A stretch of DNA of 64,000 bases from an uncultured Methanoregulaceae archaeon (GTDB lineage: Archaea > Halobacteriota > Methanomicrobia > Methanomicrobiales > Methanospirillaceae), in NCBI GenBank assembly GCA_963737635.1, contig CAVTTL010000001.1:1056001-1120000 (forward strand). The letters run 5' to 3'. Positions 38,977-49,572 of this stretch are shown in pieces. Position 1 is the stretch's first letter, and every line of letters starts with the position of its first letter. The position numbers and the translations under genes are program-made. The notes under the pieces were generated by a model, which was given only the letters and a program-made list of their open reading frames with translations, was not told the DNA's origin and made no database searches.

Positions 38977-39591
38977 ATGAGTAACTCAGAAAACGCATTG
39001 ACCGGGCTCGGTATTATCGTGCTCCTCCTTGTGATCATCGTAATCGGTTATATCGTGTTGTCTCTCTCCGCCCCGAGCACCGTCTTGGGAAGAGGAGTGC
39101 TTCATACCTATGTGAGTGAAACCGGCAATCTGCTGCGCAGCGTCGGACCGGTGACTGTTTTTTCCGCGGAGAATGGGACACTTTCGGGTGTTGATGTCCG
39201 GTACCCGAATCCTGACCCGCATCGTATGGGATCGGCTGAACTGAACGTTGCTCTCTTTATCGGGAGTGTGGGGGGCATGGATTTCAGTAAGGTTCGTGTC
39301 GTCTGGATAAGTAACGGAATTGTTGAAACGATCCCACGAAATGATATGCATCCTCTTCTCTGCCCGGGCTGGACGATCGTCCACAAATATAATGAAATCC
39401 AGTTGAAGAGTGCGAAGGGGAATGATATCCTTGATCCAGGCGAACAGTTCGAAATCTTTGCATGCCCGTCAAACACTACTGCACCGTACCAGCAGTTTTC
39501 GCTGTTGATCTCCCCGCCGGGCACTATTGTCCTACCTGTGGTAAGTACCTCCGCTCCGTTCATGGTGCAGCCGATTGTGAGACTCATGTGA
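38977..39591 (+). CDS. Archaellin-like / type IV pilin-like protein
   Basis: SENA-LTGLGIIVLL class III signal-like N-terminus; NDILDPGEQFEI..PYQQFSLLISPPG archaellin-type C-terminus. Confidence 0.65.
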   Translation: MSNSENALTGLGIIVLLLVIIVIGYIVLSLSAPSTVLGRGVLHTYVSETGNLLRSVGPVTVFSAENGTLSGVDVRYPNPDPHRMGSAELNVALFIGSVGGMDFSKVRVVWISNGIVETIPRNDMHPLLCPGWTIVHKYNEIQLKSAKGNDILDPGEQFEIFACPSNTTAPYQQFSLLISPPGTIVLPVVSTSAPFMVQPIVRLM

Positions 39592-39890
39592 CCTCCAAGA
39601 CCCGGCTTCCCCTGCTGACCAAGCTTACCTGTTTCTGTAATACGGTGGTCTGATACCTCAGGAACGTCTTTGATTTTCAGGTGCCGCAGGTGAGTGCAGG
39701 GTACCGCGCTCTGGGGTCTTTTTTGCGCGACAGCATAATCGATGTGATAATGCATATTACACTTTAATACGGGGTTATTTCGGCAAACCGAGCAGAATAA
39801 TGACTCTTTTAATCGGGGTTATTAGTGCGCCACAATGCCGAAAATACCAGTGATAATATGGCCGAATTTGATATTTCGACGTGCTTTCGA

Positions 39891-39908
39891 CGGAAACCTT
39901 TTATATTA
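39891..39908 (+). promoter_or_regulatory. BRE/TATA of the Cc1-like gene
   Basis: CGGAAACCTTTTATATTA; GAGGTG SD before ATG 39961. Confidence 0.6.
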
Positions 39909-39960
39909 TCAGGCGGCAACTCTCATTATCAAAACCCAAATGTGGTTTTGAGGTGTTTAA

Positions 39961-40176
39961 ATGGGACAGAAAATTGGAAAAGAAAAGATCCAGCGTGAAA
40001 AGGGATTCCTGTACTTCATTGGCAAGGACGGATACGTCTGGGCAGCCCCGATGAAGCACAACAAGACCGGCAAAAAGAAGAAAGTCGGTACTGAAAAGAT
40101 TGCCAAAGAAAAAGGCTTCATGTACTACATTGGCAAAGACGGATTCGTCGCAAAAGCCAAGATGAAAAACGCATAA
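39961..40176 (+). CDS. Small basic tandem-repeat protein, Cc1-like chromatin protein
   Basis: Two copies of K.G.EKI.[RK]EKGF.Y[FY]IGKDG[YF]V; very Lys-rich. Confidence 0.7.
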   Translation: MGQKIGKEKIQREKGFLYFIGKDGYVWAAPMKHNKTGKKKKVGTEKIAKEKGFMYYIGKDGFVAKAKMKNA

Positions 40177-40495
40177 TCAATCATCTTTTATTCATTTGCA
40201 GCCAGGCACAATGCCGGAAAATCCGGTACTGTCTGGCTCCACATGGTATTTCCCGGACGGTAACGTCTCTCTTGGTTATCGGAACTATCCCATCGTCAGA
40301 AAGAGATCCTCTTTTAGATCTGGAAGCCGGCCAATGATTATAGAATGTTGTATAAACTATTGAGAAATCATTGGTTGCTATTTATACCCCTTTGTTTCCA
40401 CTGGAAAACTCAAAAATTTAGTTCGAATTCTCAAAATTCTCTTTGTAAATGAAGATTACTAAAATCAAAAAAGAATGGATCTCCAACGGCAACAG

Positions 40496-40928
40496 CTACT
40501 TTTCCATTAGAAAATTCCTTCGATTATTTAACGAATACCTGTACTCTTCCGAGAAGCATGCCGTTTTATCCTGATTAATGAAGGCCCGGTTCAACCGATT
40601 CTGGACCGCATAATGGGCATAACTGGCCCGGGTACTCCCCCGAAGTACGCCGCCGGAGTGATTCAGGACGTGTTCGATGCCGGACTGGTCTAATCTCACG
40701 GCATTCACCCCCGTTCCTTGAGCTGTTCAGCAACGACCCTGAGAGCGAGGGGGTGTGTAGTTGAAGGATAGGGATCGGGTGAGTTCAAGGCGGGTTTGAG
40801 AAGAACAAGTTTTCCTTCCTGTAACCAAGAGCAGTTGTCCGTTGCGGTGAGAACGTGTTGCGGATGCAGGAGGAGAGAGGATCGTGAACGCCATCCGTTA
40901 TGATGCCATTTACAAAGACCGGTTTCAT
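40496..40928 (-). pseudogene. Degraded DUF362-family gene fragment
   Basis: Pieces in different frames: MKPVFVNG.., GKLVLLKPALNSPDPYPSTTHPLALRVVAEQLKERG, DQSGIEHVL..GGVLRGST; truncated. Confidence 0.6.
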
Positions 40929-41010
40929 GGACGGAATGTTTGGGACCGGTTATTAAAAAGAATACGCCAAGTCTGCCAACGATCTTCCAGGCAGGAATCG
41001 CAAAAACCTA

Positions 41011-41084
41011 TGGGCCCGTCGTGATTCGAACACGAGATCTTCGCCGTGTGAAGGCGACGTCATAGCCAACTAGACCACGAGCCC
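41011..41084 (-). tRNA. tRNA-Val(CAC)
   Basis: GGGCTCG..TCGCC-TTCACAC-GGCGA..GTTCGAAT..CGGGCCCA cloverleaf. Confidence 0.95.
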
Positions 41085-41087
41085 TCA

Positions 41088-41158
41088 TGCATCGACCGGG
41101 AATCGAACCCGGGCTATAGGCTTGGAAGGCCTAAGTCATACCTCTAGACCATCGATGC
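41088..41158 (-). tRNA. tRNA-Gly(TCC)
   Basis: GCATCGA..TAGGC-CTTCCAA-GCCTA..GGTTCGATTCC..TCGATGCA cloverleaf. Confidence 0.95.
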
Positions 41159-41295
41159 ACTGCGCTCTACAATTTTGGTGGGGGGGTGTATTAAGGCTTG
41201 CTTCTCCCGCTTAAAAATCCAATCTCCGTTCTGCACAAGTTGCAGAAGGGAACGAGGGGAAAACGAGTGACATCCGTTACGAAAAAAATCGGGGA

Positions 41296-42187
41296 TTAGT
41301 ATATACGAAGCTCGACTGCGATCCTCTCCAGAGCAGCAACACGTTTCTCTAAGGGCGGGTGGGTGGAGAAGAGTTCCATAAGAGTGTTGCCCGAAAGGGC
41401 CGGGATGATAAAAAACGCATTTGCACCTTCCACTTTTGCTTTTGACTGAGGTGGGATAACTTCCATCCTGCCGCTGATTTTGTTGAGGGCTGAAATAAGA
41501 GCCTGAGGGTTTCTTGTAATAAGTGCGCTTCCCCGATCTGCAGCAAATTCCCGGTACCGGGAGAGTGCAAGCATCAAAAGCGTGCTGATAGCATAGACAA
41601 TAATCGAGGCGATCCAGACAAGGATCCACCCGGCGCCATTATCACGGTTATTACCTCCGAAAAGTGCCGAGAAGAAGAAACTCTGCATAATCATCGAAGC
41701 GATCATCGCAACGAAGTCTTGCCATAGTCATTGTGAGAATGTCCCGGTTCTTCACATGTGAGAGTTCGTGGGCGAGCACAGCCTCCAGTTCATCTTTGGA
41801 GAGAAGGCGCATGATCGAATCGGTACAGCAGACTACTGCGTGTTTCGGGCTCCGCCCCGTTGCAAACGCGTTTGGTACGGGACTCTGCATGATAGCGATT
41901 TTTGGCATGGGCAGATCGGCCTCATGGCACAATTTCTCGACCGTATGGTGGAGTTCCGGATATTCGTCCTCGGCAATGATACGCGCATGTGTGCTCCACA
42001 GTACCAGTTTGTCCGAGAAAAAATACTGGATACTTGCCATTACAACCGCTAAACCGATAATAAACCAGATACTGACCCCGGGCAGGAATACCACAAGAAT
42101 CGTCATGAACACGAGGTAGAGGATGAACAGTAAAAATCCTGTCAGGAGCACTCTAGTCGTTAAACCCCAGTCCCTTTTCCATTCCAT
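41296..42187 (-). CDS. htpX: Zinc metalloprotease HtpX, frameshift near 41716
   Basis: PNAFATGR, AHELSHVKNRD; SRYREFAADRG and STHPP in the second frame. Confidence 0.92.
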
Positions 42188-42357
42188 AGATGAGTACATT
42201 TCCGCTGCCGCCACTCATAAATGAATCGAAAATGGCACCACTGGAAGATATTTGATCAGACCTCGCGGTTGGGTACTGGATCAAATGGGAATTATCCGGA
42301 CAATCCTGCGCGCACAAGCAGAAACTATTTTTCGGCATAACGCCCGATGGGTACAAC

Positions 42358-43008
42358 ATGGACGAAGTCGATTCCGCAGCTCTGGCTGATGTGGCATACG
42401 GTATCTTCGATCACCTTCTCACCCGGAGACTCCAGACACAGGGAAAGTACCTCTATGCGCTTGTAGAGAGTGGTATCGACTTTACAAGAGACCTTACCGA
42501 AACGGTTGTACAGTTCACCGACGAATATCCGCAGCTGGCTGAGGCGCTCCTTGCACGGTTTGGTCCGGTTGATACGATTTACCGGATGCTCTGCGAAGGA
42601 GAAGGCGTCCTTCCGTCAAAAACGACGCAGATGTACTGGATTGTGCAGGATGCACCTGGTAGCGCACCTGAGGCAATCGAAGACGAGCACGCCGGCAAAT
42701 GGCTGATCTTTCAGGATCCTGAGGCAGCGGATGTCTCATGGAAAAAAGTCCGTGATGCAACGGTAGCACATGAGCTGGGTATATCGGCGAAGGTAAGCAC
42801 AGCAAAACCCAACCCGGACTCCCGGGACAGCCGCAGGGTCATTTATGTGTACACCAAGGATTGGGCGGACGAGCAGGATGTGATGCGGGTGCGGGAGAAT
42901 CTTCGCAGGCTCGGCTTTGTCGACCGGATCGGGTACAAGCGCAATCTTGAGACGTTCGCCGGAGAGTATGCCCAGAAAGGCAAACGGGTCACGTATTACT
43001 CGGCATAA
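42358..43008 (+). CDS. DUF1917-like (eIF4E-like fold) protein
   Basis: GKWLIF..W..LGISAKVST..VIYVYTKDW.D..DV.RV. Confidence 0.75.
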   Translation: MDEVDSAALADVAYGIFDHLLTRRLQTQGKYLYALVESGIDFTRDLTETVVQFTDEYPQLAEALLARFGPVDTIYRMLCEGEGVLPSKTTQMYWIVQDAPGSAPEAIEDEHAGKWLIFQDPEAADVSWKKVRDATVAHELGISAKVSTAKPNPDSRDSRRVIYVYTKDWADEQDVMRVRENLRRLGFVDRIGYKRNLETFAGEYAQKGKRVTYYSA

Positions 43009-43060
43009 ATTTTAGCAAATAACATAAAAAAACGATAGTATTGCAAGAAAAAAATTCAGT

Positions 43061-43207
43061 TTACGCTTTTCTCTCCTTGTTTTTCGGGCGCAGGTTTTTG
43101 TACCCGCACTTACGGCATGTCGTTGCGCGAATTGCATTGCGTGCATTGCAATGCATGCATATTTTCACATTGAGTAAACGAGCTTCGGCTTCTGGGAATT
43201 TTGCCAT
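43061..43207 (-). CDS. rpl40e: 50S ribosomal protein L40e (absent from the ORF track)
   Basis: [48 protein letters not shown]. Confidence 0.95.
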   Translation of the reverse strand: MAKFPEAEARLLNVKICMHCNARNAIRATTCRKCGYKNLRPKNKERKA

Positions 43208-43252
43208 GGATAGATACTCCTGTCTGCCCTTATAACAATGTTCTTTGATCTT

Positions 43253-43834
43253 TTAACGGTTTGTATCTAATCTGGTGTCGGGACTCTGCCGAGCCATGAA
43301 CCATTCACGGAATGCTAAAAGTGCGCGTGCACGGTGAGAGATGGCACTTTTCTCTTCAAGCGGGATTTCGGCAAGGGTCTTTCCGTCCACTTCGAAAATA
43401 GGGTCGTACCCGAACCCTTCGTTGCCCCGGGGTTTATCGATGATCCTGCCGCTTATCTCACCCGAAAAAACGACGATGCCTGTCTCATCTGCAAAAGCAA
43501 TGGCTGTCGTGAAACAGGCATCGCGATCCGGAAGACTTTCCATGAGCCTGAGAATCCCCTTGTTACCGACAGTCTTGAGTACATAGGCTGCATATGGCCC
43601 CGGAAACCCATTAAGCGCGTCGATGGAGAGAGCCGTATCGTCTACGATGAGCGGAAGATGGAGTTGGTCATATGCGTACCTGGCCTTCTCACGGGCGATC
43701 TCTGTTACATCATCAGAGCGGAGCTCCGGGATATCGAGAGCAACATGGCTTACTTCAACAGTACTGCCAAAAAATGCCTCAACCTCATGTGCCTTGTTGA
43801 CGTTGCTTGTAACCATAGTTAGGGTCCGGTTCAT
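43253..43834 (-). CDS. rdgB: Non-canonical purine NTP pyrophosphatase (HAM1 family)
   Basis: VTSNVNK, GFPGPY, GFGYDPIF, SHRARA. Confidence 0.93.
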   Translation of the reverse strand: MNRTLTMVTSNVNKAHEVEAFFGSTVEVSHVALDIPELRSDDVTEIAREKARYAYDQLHLPLIVDDTALSIDALNGFPGPYAAYVLKTVGNKGILRLMESLPDRDACFTTAIAFADETGIVVFSGEISGRIIDKPRGNEGFGYDPIFEVDGKTLAEIPLEEKSAISHRARALLAFREWFMARQSPDTRLDTNR

Positions 43835-45414
43835 AGGTACCTCCCCCTGAGTTCAATTTCCCGTTCCCGGTCAAGAACCTCAGCCGCACCGGCGAAGGTC
43901 TCATTGTATCCCCGGACAAATGCATCCCTGAAAACTCCTGCCTCTTTTGGATGCGTGCTTTTGAGCGTCTGGAACATGACGTGAATGTCAACCCCTCTCT
44001 GCTCAACCTCCGAGGTTACCTGGGCGAGGCCGAAATCGATAAGCACACATCTGTCATCTGTATCGCGCAGTATCATGTTGCTGGTGGTAAGATCCCCATG
44101 CATGATGCCGGCCGTGTGGAGCCTGCCTACCATCTGTCCAGCCTCTTCGCAATGAGCTTCCGTAAGAGCATTGGTGAGAATTGGACCGGGTACCTCTTCC
44201 ATTACGATGGAGTCGTGGGTAATATCGCTCATGACCGGAGTGGGAACGCCTCCCTTGCGGGCAGTATGGATAAGGCGGGCCTCAGCCCGGGTCCGTTCCG
44301 TGATCAGCTTCCTGTCAAGGGAAGAGATCCGGTACTGCTTGGGCAAGCGTTGCTTTATGGCGCACCCCTCCCTGAAAGTGACGACGGCCTCGGCGCCGCG
44401 TTTCTGCGCCGAAACACATTGTTGCCCACAATCCAGAACACACGTTATTTCATGTTTCCAAGTCACCTCAACTTCATCCGAGCGAAAAGATGGATTGACC
44501 TGCGAATCTTCGATGGCAAGCTGCTGGCCGCTTTCAAGCATCAGCTTACCTGTATAGGCAATCATGGCACCATTGTCCCCGAGATATTTCCGTTCCGGGA
44601 CATAAAATCGTGCACCCCGCTCCTTGCACATGATCCGGAGCATCTCTTGCAGGCGCGCGTTTGCTCCCACGCCGCCGACAAGGAGAACCTCGCTTTTCCC
44701 GGTGAGTGAGAGAGCCCGCTCAGTAACTTCAACACACATGGCAAACGCAGTCTCCTGAAGGCTGCAACATACATCAGGGAGCGGTTTTTGCGCATCCTTT
44801 GCAGCCGAGACCAGTCCGGAGAAGGCAAGATCCATACCCTTGACGGTGTAAGGAAGTTCGAAATAATTTCCCTCTTTGGCCTGTGCTTCAATCAGCGGTC
44901 CTCCCGGATGAGGGAGATCTTTTGCCCGGGCGAACTTATCGAGAGCGTTTCCTATGCCTATATCGAGAGTTTCACCAAAGATACGGTATCGCCCATTGAG
45001 ATACCCGATGACTTGGGTGTTAGCCCCACTCGCATACAGCACAATGGGGTCCCGGCAACCGGTTGCCCAGTTCCCGATCTCTACATGAGCAACGCAATGA
45101 TTGACGCCGATAAGCGGGACGTTGAGCGCAAGTGCAAGCGACCGTGCGGCTGTCGCAACCGTTCTCAGGCAGGGACCAAGCCCTGGACCTTGCGAAAACG
45201 CAACTCCCGTTACCTTACTTGGCTCTTTAAGGACAGAACCGATCACTTCCCGCATTGCCGATGCATGGTGCTGTGCGGCCTCCCGTGGGTGAATCCCTCC
45301 GTGCCCGGGTGAGTAAGGGTGGGAACACAGCGCAAGAAGATCGCGATCAAAAAGAGCAGCACTGAGGTTCCACGCTGTCCCCTCAATGCCGAGTATCTGC
45401 CCAAATTCAGGCAT
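43831..45414 (-). CDS. kae1: Bifunctional Kae1-Bud32 t6A biosynthesis protein
   Basis: LGIEGTA, GIHPREAAQHH, VNHCVAH, DNGAMIA; kinase HGDLTTSN..IDFGL. Confidence 0.95.
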   Translation of the reverse strand: MPEFGQILGIEGTAWNLSAALFDRDLLALCSHPYSPGHGGIHPREAAQHHASAMREVIGSVLKEPSKVTGVAFSQGPGLGPCLRTVATAARSLALALNVPLIGVNHCVAHVEIGNWATGCRDPIVLYASGANTQVIGYLNGRYRIFGETLDIGIGNALDKFARAKDLPHPGGPLIEAQAKEGNYFELPYTVKGMDLAFSGLVSAAKDAQKPLPDVCCSLQETAFAMCVEVTERALSLTGKSEVLLVGGVGANARLQEMLRIMCKERGARFYVPERKYLGDNGAMIAYTGKLMLESGQQLAIEDSQVNPSFRSDEVEVTWKHEITCVLDCGQQCVSAQKRGAEAVVTFREGCAIKQRLPKQYRISSLDRKLITERTRAEARLIHTARKGGVPTPVMSDITHDSIVMEEVPGPILTNALTEAHCEEAGQMVGRLHTAGIMHGDLTTSNMILRDTDDRCVLIDFGLAQVTSEVEQRGVDIHVMFQTLKSTHPKEAGVFRDAFVRGYNETFAGAAEVLDREREIELRGRYL

Positions 45415-45420
45415 CTGTGC

Positions 45421-45603
45421 TTATTTTTTGAATTCGGTATATCCGCACTTTCCGCAGGCAACCCGGTCCTTGTGGTCTGCCATCATGACTCCGGGACCAC
45501 AGCGGGGACAGTATTTTTTGGCGGTAGTGACCTTGTCACCTTCGATCTTGAAAAACGCACTGCGCGCCGGCCCCTTTGCCGCTGCCTTCTTCGCTGCAGC
45601 CAT
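45421..45603 (-). CDS. rps27ae: 30S ribosomal protein S27ae
   Basis: CPRCGPGVMMADHKDRVACGKCGYT. Confidence 0.95.
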   Translation of the reverse strand: MAAAKKAAAKGPARSAFFKIEGDKVTTAKKYCPRCGPGVMMADHKDRVACGKCGYTEFKK

Positions 45604-45605
45604 GG

Positions 45606-45907
45606 TTATGCCGCTCCTTCTTCCTTAGGTTTGGGCATACCACGTGCCGAGAGGTACGGGCGTTCGGTCTTCTTCTTTGCATCCTCAGGTATCGGTACAC
45701 ACGCGCCTTACCGGTGATCACCGTCTTGCCAAAATTGCTCTTCAGGCTGTCAAGAACGACAAGCGGTTCTTTTGCATTGAGCAGGGCGCACAGTTTGCCG
45801 ATAATCTGCATACGGGAGGGCGTAGCACCATCATATGTGAGAGTAAACTGGATCTCTCGCCGGGATAAAAGTTCATTCCTTTTATCGCTCTCGATTTTAA
45901 CGTCCAT
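45606..45907 (-). CDS. rps24e: 30S ribosomal protein S24e, frameshift near 45690
   Basis: NELLSRRE..GATPSR..FG....GKARVY; tail EDAKKKTERPYL in another frame. Confidence 0.9.
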
Positions 45908-46017
45908 CGATATCCTGTAATTATTGGAAACCGTGTTATTTAAAACCTGACCTTGCTATGGAAAACAGAAGAAAAACCCTTGAAATCAAAAAAGAATTTT
46001 TTCCTTGATTTTTTGGA

Positions 46018-46510
46018 TCAGGATCCGATCTTAGTGAACTGACCAAGGAGATCTTTTGCTGCGATTTTTGCGTCATCATCGATCATGCGAAGCACGACCC
46101 CCTCATGCGGCTGTCCATAAAGTACAACAGATGCTAACGGTGCGGCAATGACTAGTGGGATAACTGCGAGATCTTCTTCACCGTCCACCATGATCGTAAC
46201 CGGGGGATTATCAACTGCGTAGGTCAGTGCTTCGACCAGCTCGTCGGTGATAGTGCCCGGGGGATTTTTCACGTGGATACATTTTCCGGAAGATCTCCGG
46301 CATCGTGCTGCACGGTGAACGCATGGTATGGCCGTCCACTACCGCGATCGCTGGGGCAATCCCGTTTTTTTGCAGGGAATGGGTAACAACGTCACCCACC
46401 GAATAGACCGTACGCCCGGCAAGTTCCGGGAGTGCCGTACCAATATCCCGGTGAAGAATTCCGAAGGGATTCTTAAAGAGTTTGCGCGACTCTTTGGGAA
46501 GCACAAACAT
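46018..46510 (-). CDS. GTP-dependent dephospho-CoA kinase (DUF359), frameshift near 46283
   Basis: SVGDVVT..VVDGHTMR; NPPGTIT..VDGEEDL..YGQPHEG. Confidence 0.88.
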
Positions 46511-46717
46511 TCAGCGGACCTTCAGCGCATAGCGGCCCGGGAGCTTGATGTTCATCCGTTTTGCCACATCGGAATTTTCCGGGTCAATGATAACAAGATA
46601 TCCGGACCAGTCGTCGCTTAAATTTGTTGTCCCGCAGATCACGCAGTTCTCGCCTTCTACGACTCGGTGGCAGTCACGACAGACTTTCCCTTGTTTTTTC
46701 TTATTCATCGGCGGCAT
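46511..46717 (-). CDS. spt4: Transcription elongation factor Spt4 (RpoE'')
   Basis: CRDCH..CVICG..WSGYLVIIDPENS..PGRYALKVR. Confidence 0.95.
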   Translation of the reverse strand: MPPMNKKKQGKVCRDCHRVVEGENCVICGTTNLSDDWSGYLVIIDPENSDVAKRMNIKLPGRYALKVR

Positions 46718-47342
46718 GCTCTTTCCTCTTGCTCTTGGATTTTTCCGGTTTCTCTTTGGGGGTGCTCGTAGTACCAGCTGCCGCTTTCTCTTTCTCCTTT
46801 TCGATTTCTTCTTCGAGCCAGACTGCGGTGCCAAGGCCTGCCTGCCGCATGGTGAGACCTATTTTGCTGTCCCGGGGTTCGCGCTCATTCAATGAGAGGG
46901 TCACTACCCGCACCCTGACCGTGTCACCGACTCCGATAAAGCGCTTGGAATCCTGGCAAATGAGTCGGGCATTCTTTTCGTCGAAGTTAATATATTCGTC
47001 AGAGATCTGGCTCACGTGCAACATCGCATCGATTGGCCCGAGGCTCACAAATGCCCCGAAGCTGGTTGTTTCTACGACGAGACCTTCGATGACTTCCTGC
47101 AGGGCGAGCCTCAGCACGAGCCCCTCAAATTTTACATCGTAGTATACGCCGCCATCGCCGGGTACGATCTCACCATCACCGACGTGTTCAACCTTGGTCA
47201 CGGCAATAAAAACCCCAAGTTCCTTGTCGATGCTTCCTTCAAGCTGTTCCTGAAGGACCTCTAGTATGACCTTGTCCAGTTTTTCACCCAGCCGGTTGGG
47301 TGGCACCCGGACCTTGTCTTCCAGTGTCATCTTGTAATACAT
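46701..47342 (-). CDS. rpo7: RNA polymerase subunit Rpo7 (RpoE')
   Basis: DKVRVPP, GDGGVYY, S1 domain, KIGLTMRQAGLG. Confidence 0.95.
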   Translation of the reverse strand: MYYKMTLEDKVRVPPNRLGEKLDKVILEVLQEQLEGSIDKELGVFIAVTKVEHVGDGEIVPGDGGVYYDVKFEGLVLRLALQEVIEGLVVETTSFGAFVSLGPIDAMLHVSQISDEYINFDEKNARLICQDSKRFIGVGDTVRVRVVTLSLNEREPRDSKIGLTMRQAGLGTAVWLEEEIEKEKEKAAAGTTSTPKEKPEKSKSKRKEHAADE

Positions 47343-47349
47343 AACCCAC

Positions 47350-47730
47350 CTACCTTCGCAATATCTCGAGTTTTTTCTGTTTTCTCATGGATATAACTCC
47401 GATACCCTGTGCTAGCAGTGCATCCCTGACCCGTCGGTCATTGGTCGCTACCAGACCTCGGTTCTCCGTTGCCCACGCGATGACCTGTTCGTCAACAGGC
47501 ATGGGGATGCTGCTGCCATCTGCAACTGTACACTGCTCTGCAAGCGCAAGGCCAAGTCGTGCGGCTGCGCCTTCACTACCCTTTGCCTGCGACAACCCGG
47601 TCAATTCCTGTATCACTCCCGGCAGCACCATTGGTTCAAAACCCCCTAGTAATTCGCGGATTTCACTGAACAGATCGATCCTGAACTGCGCCGGCATCAT
47701 AAGTGCATTGGCGTCCAGCAGGACTTTTAC
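47350..47730 (-). CDS. PIN-domain nuclease (Fcf1-like)
   Basis: [22 protein letters not shown]; start codon uncertain. Confidence 0.85.
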   Translation of the reverse strand, partial: VKVLLDANALMMPAQFRIDLFSEIRELLGGFEPMVLPGVIQELTGLSQAKGSEGAAARLGLALAEQCTVADGSSIPMPVDEQVIAWATENRGLVATNDRRVRDALLAQGIGVISMRKQKKLEILRR

Positions 47731-48962
47731 TCGCTGAGGATACCCATCCCGATTAATCGCCAGCGTGCTCCCACCTGCCGGCTGATGGCGATCCGGGCTC
47801 CCTGCTCTGCACAGACCGGACGCTTCAGCTGTACTTCGACTGCTTCTTTTTTGGTACTCGTAACTACCCCAACGGTGACCGCTGTACCGACGGAAAGCAT
47901 AAGCGGTTCGTTGTATTTTAGGGGTTCTATGACCAGTTCGCTCGTTGCTCCTACGACCCGTTCCATCAGGGTTACATGGCACTTGATTTTGTCCCATACC
48001 GGTGGGAGTTTGCCGACATGACCGACGACCTGACCGGCAAGGGCATCACTTTTTGTGAGCGCCGGGTCAAGTTTGGTTCCGATGCCAAGCAGACCGCCGG
48101 GTGCCGCTTCTTTTACCGTTTTTGTACCAGCGTTTATCGACGTAACCTCTGTGATGATCGGGATCCACTTGATCCTGTTCTCGATCTGTGTCTGGCGACC
48201 CGGCCGGATCTCAATGGGATCGCCGTCGCGGAGGATGCCCCGGATAAGAGACCCCCCGACGACGCCTCCCTTAACCTCCTTCCAGTTGCAACCAGGTTTA
48301 TTGATGTCAAAGGATCGCGCAACCAGCATTACCGGTTCTGCCTTCGGATCGCGGACCGGTTCAGGAATTGTCATATCCAGTGCCTGTACCAGAGCGCCCA
48401 TATTGATCCCTTTCTGGGCTGAAACCGGGATGATAGGGGCGTTTTCGGCAACGGTTCCCTTTACGAATGCTTTTATTTGCTGGTAATTTTCGACGGCTTC
48501 TTTCTGGGAGACCACATCAATTTTGTTCTGGACAATGACGATTTTTTTGATGCCGACAAGCCCCAAAGCCATGAGGTGCTCTTTTGTCTGGGGCTGCGGG
48601 CATTTTTCCGTAGTAGAAATGACAAGCATAGCTCCGTCCATCAGCGCGGAGCCCGACAGCATAGTCGCCATCAGGGTTTCGTGCCCGGGTGCATCCACAA
48701 AGGAGATAGACCGGAACGGTGTCCCCGCTTCTCCGCAGACCGGGCAGACCAGCGTTGTCGAGTAGGCATCCGGGCCTTCGCAATGCCCGCACTTGTAGAA
48801 CGTTGCATCCGCATAACCCAACCGGATAGAAATACCCCGCCGTACTTCCTCGCTGTGCCGGTCTGTCCAGGTACCGGTAAGCGCATTAACGAGCGTGGTT
48901 TTCCCGTGGTCCACGTGGCCCACCACCCCGATGTTTACACTGGGGATTGTCACATCATGCAA
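47727..48962 (-). CDS. eif2g: Translation initiation factor 2 gamma subunit
   Basis: [30 protein letters not shown]. Confidence 0.97.
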   Translation of the reverse strand: MHDVTIPSVNIGVVGHVDHGKTTLVNALTGTWTDRHSEEVRRGISIRLGYADATFYKCGHCEGPDAYSTTLVCPVCGEAGTPFRSISFVDAPGHETLMATMLSGSALMDGAMLVISTTEKCPQPQTKEHLMALGLVGIKKIVIVQNKIDVVSQKEAVENYQQIKAFVKGTVAENAPIIPVSAQKGINMGALVQALDMTIPEPVRDPKAEPVMLVARSFDINKPGCNWKEVKGGVVGGSLIRGILRDGDPIEIRPGRQTQIENRIKWIPIITEVTSINAGTKTVKEAAPGGLLGIGTKLDPALTKSDALAGQVVGHVGKLPPVWDKIKCHVTLMERVVGATSELVIEPLKYNEPLMLSVGTAVTVGVVTSTKKEAVEVQLKRPVCAEQGARIAISRQVGARWRLIGMGILSE

Positions 48963-49119
48963 ATGAAATCGAACCTCCTTATCCTATATCTAATAGGCAT
49001 ACTTATACATAACCCGAAAATCTGGATTTTCCGGATCCCTATCCTCTTTATTAGGCCGGTAAAGAAAAATAGTAGGTTGTAATATTCCGTTTTTCGGGAA
49101 GATTGGATGTCGCCGGGGA

Positions 49120-49431
49120 TTAACCCCCACCTTCGCAGCTCTGGTCAATGTTTTTCAGGGCTTCTTGGTACTCAAGTCCTGCAGCAAATTCCCGCTCACG
49201 CTGGATAATATCCTTTGCATCTTCCTTAATTGTAGGTGCAGATTGTTTTGCCTGTTCTGCGGGGATTAACTGGTCGGCACGATAGAGAAGATGCGTACTA
49301 TCCAGTTCGACAAACTGGTTTCCCGACACCTGCTCGATCCGGACCACCGCCCCTGTGGTCCCGGTACGGGGGTACCTTACCCTCATGCCAAGAGTGATCT
49401 CTTCTGCAAGCATACAAGTGAATGAGTCCAT
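49120..49431 (-). CDS. DUF2098-like methanogen protein
   Basis: VRYPRTGTTG..LDSTHLLYR..C-terminal CEGGG. Confidence 0.75.
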   Translation of the reverse strand: MDSFTCMLAEEITLGMRVRYPRTGTTGAVVRIEQVSGNQFVELDSTHLLYRADQLIPAEQAKQSAPTIKEDAKDIIQREREFAAGLEYQEALKNIDQSCEGGG

Positions 49432-49572
49432 TTCAATATAGAAAGATTACGTTCATCCCGAAGGAAAATGGTGTCCTGATTCCCTACACGTTATCCCGAA
49501 CTGACCCCCCCCAAAACTGCGGATCTGGCGCTGCTGTAGGTGTCCTTTCAGAGAAGTCAAACCGGAAAAAGA

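Noticed and set aside
39590-39760. Minus-strand fragment ..LVSRGSRVLEV resembling a methyltransferase start
   Set aside because: Bounded by stop codons and too short to support
40250-41010. Integrated element at the tRNA-Val 3' end
   Set aside because: No duplicated tRNA 3' end and no integrase seen
45660-46300. Programmed frameshifting in rps24e and the dephospho-CoA kinase
   Set aside because: No shared slippery site or structure; indels are scattered across the window, consistent with sequencing error
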